Shown piece after piece: positions 47,421 through 57,451 of a stretch of 64,000 nucleotides of DNA. This DNA is from a virus. Every line of letters starts with the position of its first letter. Position 1 is the first letter of the stretch. Where the stretch lies: the IMG/VR virus record IMGVR_UViG_3300021226_000189, one strand, 5' to 3'. The notes under the pieces were generated by a model. The model made no database searches, was not told where the DNA came from, and saw only the letters and a program-made list of their open reading frames with translations. The position numbers and the translations under genes are program-made.

Positions 47421-49963
47421 TTTTGATCGTATTGGTTTAATTTTAACAATTTGAACGGATTGTTTCTATATTCGATATCAACAATACTGAATTGTTTCGA
47501 ATCGTCCTTCAATAAGAAGGATATATTGAAAATATCTTTTCTATGATTATATGATAATTTCGGTGTATCAATGTATGTGAAATCGATGTTGCCGACACTA
47601 ATATCTGAAATATCACCAGTGTAAGTTGATATTCTATATTTTTCTAAATCCATCTCGTAAATTGTCGGAGATATTCTGATATTATTTGCGGATATAGGAT
47701 CAATTTGATTCAAAATTGAGAAATATATAAAGTTATCTTTCTTGTAAGTATTCGTTATTTTGTTAAAAGGTGTTTTATTGAAACTGAAATTGAAAGTTTG
47801 TTTAGAAGGTATGTTGAAAACACCGTCTTCAAACTCAATAGGAGCGAATACTATGTTATTTTCAGTCTTGATGATCATCAAATCTTCATTCAAATCGAAC
47901 GATTCCACTGCGCTCAGGCATTCAGCGTATGCCGACAGTGGTAATACACCTGACAAGTAACTCATTTCGTTTTCAATTTTAGAAACCTTCATTGTATAGG
48001 AGTTTCTGACATACAATCCACCCTTCAACGTCAATCTATCATAAAGATTATTGGTCGGAGATGCTGATAAGATGTATTCACTATTGTTGAAAACAGTATC
48101 ATCATATCTTATGACAGGTATAGACGGTAATAAATCTTCATAATCGCTGTAGAAAAATTGCCCATCCACCATAAACGATGATAAACCGTTGGGTAATAAA
48201 TTTAGATTCAAATTAGCAGTTAAAGAAGGGAACAACGGGTCTAATAAAGCTCTTTGCGGTTTAGTTAGATTATTCACACCACCTTCCACTAAAGTAGAAT
48301 AGTAATATGATCCCGAATACTCGAAAGCACTCAAATCAGACGAAACAGTATCAATATAAGGAGTATTCCCATTAGCAAAAAATGCACCATCAAAGGTTTG
48401 AAAGTCGGGTAGATATTCACCAGAATAGTAAAAATAATCATCTGTGAAATTTCCACCGAATACTTGATAATATTGATTTATGAAACTGAAATTACTAGTG
48501 TAAGAACTCAAACCAGATCTAACAGTGCTTTCATAAGTGGTATTATCGTAAGTGGAATAATTGAAATTATACCCCTCATCATATAGAAAATCATAAAAAG
48601 TATGTCCGTTTAAAATTTGGTAATATCGAATCGGTGTATTGTTATTGATTATGGTTTTAGTGAAACTTCCATCATTTTTAAACAATCCGAATAAATTATT
48701 GTAGATGTCCGACTTAGAATCTTGGATATATCCAGATGAAAACACATCTTCGAGATATTTGGCAACTCTAGGTTCTATTCTAGAAGTATAACCATAGTAT
48801 TTTGTATCATCTTTTTTACTCCATGGGATATTTTTGGATTTACCAGATGTGAAATTCCTTCTAACATAATCATCGTTGTTGACAAATGTTAAAATTTCAC
48901 CATTATTTCCCCTAATATTTGGATCTGGAAAATAATATATAGTATTGGGTTCGACATTCTCTAGATTATAAGAAAATGTTGATATTTCTCCGTCGATATT
49001 GATAATCGAGGTTTTATGTGGTCTAAAATAACCAATTTCTTCTGGTGTGAGTAGAATTTTTCTATCTGTGGATGCAGTAGTTGGATTATCAATATTGAAA
49101 AAGTTTCTCGATGGATTATCTGCTGTGAATAAAATACCCGAAATAAAATCCGTAACCGTTGAGCCAGTCAAAAGAAAATAGTAATCACTTCCAATGTATT
49201 TTTTGGTCAATTTTCTCTTATTTTCCAATAAATCATCTATTTCTTTTAACTCCAACTGCTCTGTTGTGAAATCCGTAAAATCTTGTGCGATGATATCGGA
49301 ATTATCTCTGAGGAATAGATTCAATTCATAATCCAAATCTTTATTATCATATATTCTCTCATTTGCCTCTTGGTTGAAGTATGATGGATACCCATCATAC
49401 AATTCTTCAACTTCGATACTCAAATCTTGTTTAACATTATCAATATTGAAAGAATAATTACCATCTGGTAAACTTTCCAAGTAATTTATGATATTCTTCC
49501 TAATTTCAGATTTTAACAAATCTGAGGTCCCTATCATTTTTTTCTTTATTACTTGATATTTCAGTTCTTCTCTTTTTTGATTGTAGAAATTGGTGATTTC
49601 TATCAATTTTCTACTGTAAAATGGAATCACTAACTCCAAATCCAAAGGATCATTGAAATCGATCTGTGATAAGAATCTTTTTTCTTCATCATCTGTAAAA
49701 TTCAAAGAAACATCTTTGATGAAATTCCTACAATTTTCGATGATAGTCTTATCACTATCTTCAGCATTCACATCTTTTATCTGATTCCAATTTCTCAGAT
49801 ATTCGATATAGTAATTTTGACTGACTTCTGCCGATATGATATTATCAATATTTTTGATAAAATCTAAAAAAGAGAGGGGTTCTCTAACATCCAATGCGTA
49901 ACGAACATCCACATCAGGATTCGTTATCGATTTAGATATCTTGAAGTTCAAATTACCAGCCAT
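47417..49963 (-). CDS. Large structural protein, baseplate region
   Basis: 848 aa; TAAATA-N6-ATG. Confidence 0.6.
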   Translation of the reverse strand: MAGNLNFKISKSITNPDVDVRYALDVREPLSFLDFIKNIDNIISAEVSQNYYIEYLRNWNQIKDVNAEDSDKTIIENCRNFIKDVSLNFTDDEEKRFLSQIDFNDPLDLELVIPFYSRKLIEITNFYNQKREELKYQVIKKKMIGTSDLLKSEIRKNIINYLESLPDGNYSFNIDNVKQDLSIEVEELYDGYPSYFNQEANERIYDNKDLDYELNLFLRDNSDIIAQDFTDFTTEQLELKEIDDLLENKRKLTKKYIGSDYYFLLTGSTVTDFISGILFTADNPSRNFFNIDNPTTASTDRKILLTPEEIGYFRPHKTSIINIDGEISTFSYNLENVEPNTIYYFPDPNIRGNNGEILTFVNNDDYVRRNFTSGKSKNIPWSKKDDTKYYGYTSRIEPRVAKYLEDVFSSGYIQDSKSDIYNNLFGLFKNDGSFTKTIINNNTPIRYYQILNGHTFYDFLYDEGYNFNYSTYDNTTYESTVRSGLSSYTSNFSFINQYYQVFGGNFTDDYFYYSGEYLPDFQTFDGAFFANGNTPYIDTVSSDLSAFEYSGSYYYSTLVEGGVNNLTKPQRALLDPLFPSLTANLNLNLLPNGLSSFMVDGQFFYSDYEDLLPSIPVIRYDDTVFNNSEYILSASPTNNLYDRLTLKGGLYVRNSYTMKVSKIENEMSYLSGVLPLSAYAECLSAVESFDLNEDLMIIKTENNIVFAPIEFEDGVFNIPSKQTFNFSFNKTPFNKITNTYKKDNFIYFSILNQIDPISANNIRISPTIYEMDLEKYRISTYTGDISDISVGNIDFTYIDTPKLSYNHRKDIFNISFLLKDDSKQFSIVDIEYRNNPFKLLKLNQYDQK

Positions 49964-49968
49964 TTTTA

Positions 49969-52002
49969 TTATTTAACCAATGAAAGCGATTGATAAAGAG
50001 TATCTCTAAATAAAACATCTATCAAGAATCTTCGATATTCGGGAACTTCATCTAATATCACATTTTCATTATCAAGCATGTTGAAAAAAATTTCACTATT
50101 GTCTAAAATACTGTTACCATAAAGAGTATTGTCGAAAACATTATTATATTCAAAAAATAGGTAAAATTTCTTGATATCGTTGTAACTATATTCCGAAGGA
50201 AGAACCAGACCCCATCCCCAATTCTCGTTATAATCAGATAATTTGTAATAATTCGTATTAGTATCCTCTACAGGTTGTAGAGTGTTCAAGAAAACATATT
50301 CATTGCTGAATTTCTCCAAAGCTACAATTGGAATACCTGCCGATATCACATATGTGTCGGTATTAATCTGATTTCCTAAATTAATACCGTATGTTTCTCT
50401 AGTCGAATAACCTTTTAGGTCGAAATTCTGATTGAATTTGTTCTTGAATCCAAGTAATTTATTATCAGACAAAGATGCGATATCCATTATCCGTTTAATT
50501 TTTGATGGATAAGTGGCAATCAACGAATCGTAGATGTTATCAGGCGTTACCCCCATCATTTTCATCTGTGATATGAGAGATGTCAGTTCATCCCTATCAA
50601 CATCTTGAGTGTTTTCCACGAAATTTGTTATTTTTTCATATATCTTCTTACCCAGTGTATCATAAGATGAATCAATATTACCAAATATTGAACCTATGAA
50701 ATCATCAAACAACACTTCTTTATCGAATAAAAATTCTTGGAATCTTAAACCTTTGAACATTTCAGTCGCATCGAAATCTTCATTTTTTTTAGTTATTGTG
50801 ATGAAATCTTGAGGATATACATCAAAAACGGAAGATACCCCTTCAATGTTAAAAACAGAACCGTTTATAGAAGATACTGATCCACTAATTGTTATTTCAA
50901 CATCATTTATTTTGTAACCATTTCTAAATATGATAGATTTTCTCGTAGAACCATCGAAATCTTCAATGTTTCTCACGGTGTAATACATGGGAGGAACCAC
51001 CGCATTAGACGACAACACTACAAAATTGAAATTTGTGGAAGATAATGAGCGAATATTCTTCACTGTGTAGTCTTCAGAATCCTTGACCTTTATTACAAAA
51101 GGGATTTCAACATTGTTGAATTTCGTATCATCAAGTTCAAAAGAATTTGATGGGTAGAATTCACCATCGATACCATTTGAGGTGATCGAAAATCTGTCAA
51201 TCTCATTATTTACTACTATATTTGCTGATAATTCTATGGCTAAATTGTTATTGTAAATCTCATTATTTCTTTTATCGAAAAAGAATTTCAATCTGACCTT
51301 ATCGACAGTATCATTTTTGAAATACACCTTACTTGTTCCAGATAATCCAACGTAGAAAGAATCTTCGTCAGTCGAATTTGCTATAACTATCGAATTATTT
51401 CGAATTTTAGCGTAAATGGGAGTCGTATCTATTACAATTTTATCACTCGCTACAAATTCATCTGAAGATTTTTTGTAATTGAATTTTTTATTGTAAATAG
51501 AGTAATTGTTCCTCAAGTGGATGAACTTATCTTTCTCATCTTGGAAGAAATATTGACTATCACTACCATACACACGATAATAAATATCACTCTTCTCCAC
51601 ATTTGATGGATAAAAAGCATTGAAAATGATAGGTCCTTCAATTTTACCAGCTTTCCATGTGATACTGTTATTGTAAGTCGGATTTTCAAAATTCACATTG
51701 AATGTGAATGGTAAAAAATCTTTAATATCAACAATTTTCGATGTTCTCGATACGATAGCATTTGAAAAACAATCATAAATTGTCAAATTTGTCACATATC
51801 TACCAGGCTTCTCATAGTATTTTTTAGCTGTCAGAGCGGTTGAATAAGTATCATCTCCGAAATCCCATAATGTTCTAATATAAAAGAAATTCTCAACATT
51901 AGGAATAAATGTTAAAGGTGTTTCTTTCAAAGCATAAGAACTTAAAGACGGCTGATTCTTGAAGTCTATGATGGAGTATTCTAAATCTGCTAAATTACTC
52001 AT
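49969..52002 (-). CDS. Baseplate-region protein with PKD domain
   Basis: WDFGDDT...K.YY..PG.Y..NL. Confidence 0.6.
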   Translation of the reverse strand: MSNLADLEYSIIDFKNQPSLSSYALKETPLTFIPNVENFFYIRTLWDFGDDTYSTALTAKKYYEKPGRYVTNLTIYDCFSNAIVSRTSKIVDIKDFLPFTFNVNFENPTYNNSITWKAGKIEGPIIFNAFYPSNVEKSDIYYRVYGSDSQYFFQDEKDKFIHLRNNYSIYNKKFNYKKSSDEFVASDKIVIDTTPIYAKIRNNSIVIANSTDEDSFYVGLSGTSKVYFKNDTVDKVRLKFFFDKRNNEIYNNNLAIELSANIVVNNEIDRFSITSNGIDGEFYPSNSFELDDTKFNNVEIPFVIKVKDSEDYTVKNIRSLSSTNFNFVVLSSNAVVPPMYYTVRNIEDFDGSTRKSIIFRNGYKINDVEITISGSVSSINGSVFNIEGVSSVFDVYPQDFITITKKNEDFDATEMFKGLRFQEFLFDKEVLFDDFIGSIFGNIDSSYDTLGKKIYEKITNFVENTQDVDRDELTSLISQMKMMGVTPDNIYDSLIATYPSKIKRIMDIASLSDNKLLGFKNKFNQNFDLKGYSTRETYGINLGNQINTDTYVISAGIPIVALEKFSNEYVFLNTLQPVEDTNTNYYKLSDYNENWGWGLVLPSEYSYNDIKKFYLFFEYNNVFDNTLYGNSILDNSEIFFNMLDNENVILDEVPEYRRFLIDVLFRDTLYQSLSLVK
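49970..49975 (-). promoter_or_regulatory. Late promoter TAAATA
   Basis: 6 nt before ATG 49963. Confidence 0.55.
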
Positions 52003-53806
52003 CGGATATGATTATTTTCTGATAAATTGATTGAGGGTTGTAAAAATAAGGGAATTTGAAAAACGGTAAATTCGTAGTCTGATTAACAATCGAATCATCG
52101 GCGTTTTCATAGATAGGATTCCAAGATACAAATGATATACCATTGAAAATTTCGTTATTATCATTCACTGTTCTGATTCCAGTGACACCTTCTAAAGATA
52201 AAATTTCTGATGTTAGCTTGGAAATGTCCAATTTTTGACCTAATTTGTTATTAGAATTGTCAAAGAAATTTAGAATGACTTCCCCAACTTTCTTTTTCAA
52301 ATTTTCCGAATTAACTCTAAAATTATTCGTTCTGATAATTTGTAATTTACTAATATCTGAAATATCTTTTGAAGCTTGTGATGTTGTGAACCCGATATCA
52401 AAAGCCATGTAAACAGGATCTCTGGGGACAACTTCATGACTAATGATTTTTCTCTTGGAAGTTTTTTCGACAATCAAGTTTTTCAATGCGTTTGATAAAA
52501 ATGGTGGATAAGCACCATCTTCAGTTAATTTGAATTTCGGAACACAGAACACATTGATGTTATTAAAATCACAAGAATCTGCAAAATTGACTTGATTGAT
52601 AATAACTCTGTTTGTTTTATTGGGATCGACGCATATCTTGTAGAAGTAATCAATATATTCGTTTATAAATTGTTTGTTTCCGACCGTTTTCACAGAAGTT
52701 ACAACATTTGCCATCTCTTTATTCAAAAAGGCGTTATCATAGTCTTCCTCCGTTACCAATTTTAACTGAGAATTGAGATATTTAGGGACATTTTCTTTAA
52801 TCTGGTCAACACTTTCAGCATTCGAAATTGCTGTGGAATTTTCAGTGTTGGTGAATGTTAGATAGGAGTTATTGGATAGATTGATGATGTTTTCCGATAA
52901 AATACTGCTCGTATCATTGTAAATTTGGTTGAATTTTGAACTATTGTAATTAAAAATTTTATTACCGTTGATGGTGTTCTTACTGATTAGTCCTTTAGTA
53001 TTATCACTCAGAATATAATAGATAGCTACCTCATCACCACTTTTCAATTTTCTACCGAAAATATCATTTCCAAATTTTACTTCGTAAAAACCATCATCAT
53101 TGAGACGAACACTGTAATATCTATCACTATCATTCGCCAAAAAGATATTATCCAATTCTCTGTATTGATACCATTTCCCATCATCTACCTCTTTTACATA
53201 CACGCTGATAGTGCCATCAGCGATGAATCTGGTATCGTTATTATCCACTCTATTTACAACGACGATGGGAAGAGTTTCGAATTCAACACCAGTAGCGAAA
53301 TAGGATGGATATTCACCAATATTACCTTGATAAAGTATCAAATTATTTTTAATACTTTCAATATCTTGATCACCCGTGATCGTTTTTTCAAAAGTAAAAT
53401 CATCTACTAATGTGTATTGAATTTTATCAACTAAAAAATAGCTATATTTTCTTAAAGTGTAGCTCCCCACAGGTAAAGATGCTCCTGCAATACAAGAAAC
53501 AGGTACCAGAGATGTTTGTTTTCCAGTGGGTTTATAACCAATTAGATTTACAATTTTGTTAATATTTTCATATAAAGTAGCTTGGGAAAACATACTTTCC
53601 GAAGCAGTCTGATTCAAATAAAACAGAAGAACGTGATAACTATATGCGATAATATCAATGAAAGATGATATGTTACTACCTTCGTAGTTTTGATCTGTAA
53701 ATTTGGAATTTTCATTCAATCTTTGGATGATGAAATCTTTCAAAGAGACAGCATCAAAATTGATGTAAGCGTTTTTCGGTAAATTATATTCCAGAGATTC
53801 TTTCAT
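51995..53806 (-). CDS. gp6: Baseplate wedge protein gp6
   Basis: DAVSLK, F.D.NYEGSN, ESMF..A, IGYKP, FGNDIFG, VT..DY. Confidence 0.9.
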   Translation of the reverse strand: MKESLEYNLPKNAYINFDAVSLKDFIIQRLNENSKFTDQNYEGSNISSFIDIIAYSYHVLLFYLNQTASESMFSQATLYENINKIVNLIGYKPTGKQTSLVPVSCIAGASLPVGSYTLRKYSYFLVDKIQYTLVDDFTFEKTITGDQDIESIKNNLILYQGNIGEYPSYFATGVEFETLPIVVVNRVDNNDTRFIADGTISVYVKEVDDGKWYQYRELDNIFLANDSDRYYSVRLNDDGFYEVKFGNDIFGRKLKSGDEVAIYYILSDNTKGLISKNTINGNKIFNYNSSKFNQIYNDTSSILSENIINLSNNSYLTFTNTENSTAISNAESVDQIKENVPKYLNSQLKLVTEEDYDNAFLNKEMANVVTSVKTVGNKQFINEYIDYFYKICVDPNKTNRVIINQVNFADSCDFNNINVFCVPKFKLTEDGAYPPFLSNALKNLIVEKTSKRKIISHEVVPRDPVYMAFDIGFTTSQASKDISDISKLQIIRTNNFRVNSENLKKKVGEVILNFFDNSNNKLGQKLDISKLTSEILSLEGVTGIRTVNDNNEIFNGISFVSWNPIYENADDSIVNQTTNLPFFKFPYFYNPQSIYQKIIISDE

Positions 53807-53812
53807 TTTAAT

Positions 53813-53818
53813 TATTTA
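53813..53818 (-). promoter_or_regulatory. Late promoter TAAATA
   Basis: 6 nt before ATG 53806 (gp6). Confidence 0.55.
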
Positions 53819-54301
53819 GAGTATCGAATACCCGTTTGTGTTTAATTTCGACTTAATAGACAAGTCAGTAATATTCAAACTGGGGACATTTATCTGTAAA
53901 TAGATTTCATATTCATTATTATCTGGTTCAGCCAAAATTCTTAAATCTTTAATAGATATTCTTGGTTCCATTTTTGGAAGCTTGTTGATAATATCATCTT
54001 TGATTACTTCGGCTGTATATTTGTTGATAGGTTCGAATAAAAAACGCCTCAAATCAATACCGAAAGTAGGATTTAATATTTTTTGCCCTGGTGATGTGGT
54101 GAAACAATTGGCGATACTATTTTTTATCGACTCAATATCGAAAATAGCTTGAACATCTTTCAATTTTTCCTTTCTGTTTAATTGATTATTGAAAAAGTAT
54201 TGAGGTTCTAAATCAAAATTGATATCCTTGTAAAGATAACCGTTTTCAGTGGATTTTTGATCCATTTCACTTTTTTTAAGAGATGTTATCTTTATGCTCA
54301 T
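53816..54301 (-). CDS. gp25: Baseplate wedge protein gp25
   Basis: YKDI.., SIKNSI.N.F.T.PG....PTFG.DL..FLFEP, EPRI; start MSIK follows TAAATA-N5. Confidence 0.88.
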   Translation of the reverse strand: MSIKITSLKKSEMDQKSTENGYLYKDINFDLEPQYFFNNQLNRKEKLKDVQAIFDIESIKNSIANCFTTSPGQKILNPTFGIDLRRFLFEPINKYTAEVIKDDIINKLPKMEPRISIKDLRILAEPDNNEYEIYLQINVPSLNITDLSIKSKLNTNGYSIL

Positions 54302-54306
54302 ACAAT

Positions 54307-54327
54307 TATTTAGGTAAATGTTAAATA
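54307..54327. promoter_or_regulatory. Divergent pair of late promoters (gp25 / repeat fibre)
   Basis: TATTTA 54307-54312 and TAAATA 54322-54327, each 5 nt from its ATG. Confidence 0.7.
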
Positions 54328-54332
54328 ATAAC

Positions 54333-56621
54333 ATGCCAAAGATTTCTCAATATGTTCCTGCGTCAACACCATTATCTGGTGGTGAAGTCATTATTCTCAA
54401 TCAAAACGGGACCACATTCAACACCACTCTTAACACGGTTAAAGATTATATGGGTCCAAATGGATCTGATGTTTCAACTTTATCAGCTAATTGGGAAAAT
54501 ACCTCAACAACTTTTAGAGCGAATTCGGCTAATTGGGAAAATACCACGACAACTTTTAGAGCGAATTCGGCTAATTTTGCTAGAATTGACCAACCTAATA
54601 CATTTTCTTGTGATCAAATTTTTTCAAGTGGTAATATTTTTTTAGGAGGTGGATTACCATCAGTGGCAATTAGAAATCGAGGAAATTGTGGAGTCACAAT
54701 TGGTTATGACGTTGGCGTTCCTTCTAATAATACATTTTTAGTTGGTAATTGTGCTGGTAATTTGGCTACAAATGCGTGTCACTCTAATTTTTTAGGTAAT
54801 AATAGTGGTAATTCTGCCACAAACGCTTTCTTTTCTAATTTCTCAGGTTGTAATGCTGGTCTTTCAGCCACAAATGCTAATAACTCTAATTTCTTAGGTC
54901 GAAATGCTGGTCGCCTTGCTACAAATGCGTGTCATTCTAATTTCTCGGGTTGTAATACTGGGTGTAATGCTAGAAATGCTAGCTTTTCCAATTTCTTTGG
55001 TTATAATGCTGGATGTAACGCTACAAACGCCAGCAGTTCTAATTTCTTAGGTTCTAGTTCTGGTCGAAATTCTACAAATGCTCGTAATTCTAATTTTTTA
55101 GGTGCTGGCACTGGTAGAAACGCCATAAATGCTTGTTTTTCCAATTTCATAGGTAATTATTCTGGTTATGGTGCTACAAATGCTTTTTCTTCTAACTTCT
55201 TAGGTGGTAATTCTGGTTATTATGCTAATAACTCATCATATTCAAATTTCTTAGGTTATAACACTGGTAGGAGTGCTACAAATGCATGTCATTCTAATTT
55301 CTTGGGATTGTATTCTGGTTGTGCTGCTGCAAATGCTTCCTTTTCTAACTTCTTAGGTAGATGCTCTGGTCGTTCTGCGACAAATGCTAACAACTCCAAT
55401 TTTTTTGGTAGATACGCTGGTTTTATATCCACAAATGCGTGTCATTCTAATTTCTCAGGTTATAATGCTGGTCGAAGTGCTGCAAATGCTAATAACTCTA
55501 ATTTCTTGGGTTCTAATGCTGGATGTAATGCCACGAGTGCTAATAATTCTAATTTTTTAGGTAATGGTGCTGGTCAAAATTCTACAAATGCTTGTTTTTC
55601 TAATTTCTTAGGTAATAGTGCTGGGCGAAATTCTGCGTGTGCGGTCAATTCCAATTTCTTAGGTAATAATGCTGGTTTTAGTGCTGCAAGTGCTAATAAC
55701 TCTAATTTCTTAGGTAATAATGCTGGTTGCGGTGCTGCAAGTGCTAATAACTCTAATTTCTTAGGTCAAAGAGCTGGTTATAATGCTGCAAATGCTTGTA
55801 GCTCTAATTTCTTAGGTAATAATGCTGGTTGCGGTGCTGTAAGTGCTAATAACTCTAATTTCTTAGGTAATAATGCTGGTTGCGGTGCAACAAATGCTAA
55901 TAATTCCAATTTCTTAGGTAATAATGCTGGTTTTAGTGCAACAAATTCTAATAACTCTAATTTCTTAGGTAATAATGCTGGTTGCGGTGCTGCAAATGCT
56001 TGTAGCTCTAATTTCTTAGGTAATAATGCTGGTTGCGGTGCTGCAAGTGCTAATAATTCCAATTTCTTAGGTAATAATGCTGGATGTAATGCCACGAGTG
56101 CTTGTTTTTCCAATTTCATGGGTAATAATGCTGGATGTAATGCGACAAATGCTCGTTATTCCAATTTCATGGGTCGAAATGCTGGATTAAATGCTACAAA
56201 TGCTTTTTATTCCAATTTCTTTGGAAATAGTGCTGGTGGTAATGCTGCAAGTGCTAATAACTCCAATTTCTTGGGTCGAAATGCTGGATGTAATGCTAAC
56301 GCATCATGTGAATCGATTTTCATCGGAAACAATACAGGTAATAACAGTTGCAATAGTTGCGCTTCTGTCTTTATTGGAAGTTTTGCAAATGAAAATATTT
56401 TCAACTCTCAACGTGCAATTGCAATCGGTGCTTGTTCTAGAGCGAGTAGCTGCGGTGTTGCATTAGGTTGGGGTGCTACGGTCACAACTAATAATTTAGC
56501 CTTTGGAAGTACTAACGCGCCATTACAAGTTGCACCTGGACAAACCCTTTCAACTTCATTGAGTAGCTTATTCACCATCGTGAATGGTGTGTGTTTCAGA
56601 ATCCCATTGTTAGCTCCTTAA
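54333..56621 (+). CDS. Fibre-like protein with about 30 17-aa Asn/Ser/Gly/Ala/Cys repeats
   Basis: xxSNFLGxxAGxxAxxA units; N-terminal LSGGE..ILNQ.G.T fibre-anchor-like segment. Confidence 0.75.
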   Translation: MPKISQYVPASTPLSGGEVIILNQNGTTFNTTLNTVKDYMGPNGSDVSTLSANWENTSTTFRANSANWENTTTTFRANSANFARIDQPNTFSCDQIFSSGNIFLGGGLPSVAIRNRGNCGVTIGYDVGVPSNNTFLVGNCAGNLATNACHSNFLGNNSGNSATNAFFSNFSGCNAGLSATNANNSNFLGRNAGRLATNACHSNFSGCNTGCNARNASFSNFFGYNAGCNATNASSSNFLGSSSGRNSTNARNSNFLGAGTGRNAINACFSNFIGNYSGYGATNAFSSNFLGGNSGYYANNSSYSNFLGYNTGRSATNACHSNFLGLYSGCAAANASFSNFLGRCSGRSATNANNSNFFGRYAGFISTNACHSNFSGYNAGRSAANANNSNFLGSNAGCNATSANNSNFLGNGAGQNSTNACFSNFLGNSAGRNSACAVNSNFLGNNAGFSAASANNSNFLGNNAGCGAASANNSNFLGQRAGYNAANACSSNFLGNNAGCGAVSANNSNFLGNNAGCGATNANNSNFLGNNAGFSATNSNNSNFLGNNAGCGAANACSSNFLGNNAGCGAASANNSNFLGNNAGCNATSACFSNFMGNNAGCNATNARYSNFMGRNAGLNATNAFYSNFFGNSAGGNAASANNSNFLGRNAGCNANASCESIFIGNNTGNNSCNSCASVFIGSFANENIFNSQRAIAIGACSRASSCGVALGWGATVTTNNLAFGSTNAPLQVAPGQTLSTSLSSLFTIVNGVCFRIPLLAP
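54726..56390 (+). repeat. 51-bp coding tandem repeat array
   Basis: Units such as AATAACTCTAATTTCTTAGGTAATAATGCTGGT; most similar to each other at about 55640-56100. Confidence 0.9.
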
Positions 56622-57404
56622 AAAATTGTAATTAATATTTGCAAATTGATCATAGAGAGAACCCAACACTTCTCTACTATCATCTTTTTGCGGTTTCACT
56701 ACTGAGCGGATAGTATGAAGATCTGTAAATCCGTGTTCAGCATCGTTTTCAATGGTGTATTGTTGAACATTGTGGAAATCGTGATGATAAGATTTTTTTC
56801 CTAAAAAGTTATATACTCGATTCATTACGGTTTCAGGTGAACTCGTCAATTCGACATAATCAACAAAATGGAATTTATGTTTGTGTCCTCTGAAAAAAGC
56901 ATCTTGAATACTGTTAAAAGTTCCACCGATCAAGCCGTTTGCAGCCATCCAATTATTGACTCTATCTTCAATCGTGTTCATACCATCACCTCTAAGCATA
57001 GGACTTTCAATATTCTTAATTTCTTTCCGATACAATTTTTCCATTGACGAAATTATCTGAACAATTGGTCTGACGGTTGTGATAATTTTAACTTCTTTTT
57101 CCAAAGCTAGTTCAATCAATTCGATATTACTAGCCCATCCTCTTGATTTATTAAACACGATTGGTCTGTCTGTATCGGAATGATAAGACTGGAATAAATC
57201 TTTAATAATTCTTAATTGTTTTTTAGGAGCTTCAGATGCTTTGATAATAGGATTCGTCTTCCAAAATTGGTGGATACCAACTATCAATTCTGATAAACCG
57301 CTTGTTGGCGTGACATGGAATTCGGGATTTTGTGCTAAAATGTTACAAAAAAGTGTCGAACCAGAACGTGGCATACCATTGATGAAGAATATTTCTTTTT
57401 CCAT
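56610..57404 (-). CDS. Sulfotransferase (PAPS-dependent)
   Basis: FINGMPRSGST..NIL.QNP 5'-PSB loop, NKSRGW, TVRP; start MEKE after TAAATG-N5. Confidence 0.85.
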   Translation of the reverse strand: MEKEIFFINGMPRSGSTLFCNILAQNPEFHVTPTSGLSELIVGIHQFWKTNPIIKASEAPKKQLRIIKDLFQSYHSDTDRPIVFNKSRGWASNIELIELALEKEVKIITTVRPIVQIISSMEKLYRKEIKNIESPMLRGDGMNTIEDRVNNWMAANGLIGGTFNSIQDAFFRGHKHKFHFVDYVELTSSPETVMNRVYNFLGKKSYHHDFHNVQQYTIENDAEHGFTDLHTIRSVVKPQKDDSREVLGSLYDQFANINYNFLRS

Positions 57405-57409
57405 GTAAG

Positions 57410-57446
57410 CATTTAGTATTGCATTTATTTTTTGCAAGTGTAAATA
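57410..57446. promoter_or_regulatory. Divergent late promoters (sulfotransferase / GT9-like)
   Basis: Variant TAAATG on minus (57410-57415) and TAAATA on plus (57441-57446), each 5 nt from ATG. Confidence 0.6.
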
Positions 57447-57451
57447 CGATC

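Noticed and set aside
54726-56390. CRISPR array or DGR template/variable repeat
   Set aside because: Contiguous in-frame coding tandem with no unique spacers, no adenine-specific TR/VR pair and no reverse transcriptase in the window.
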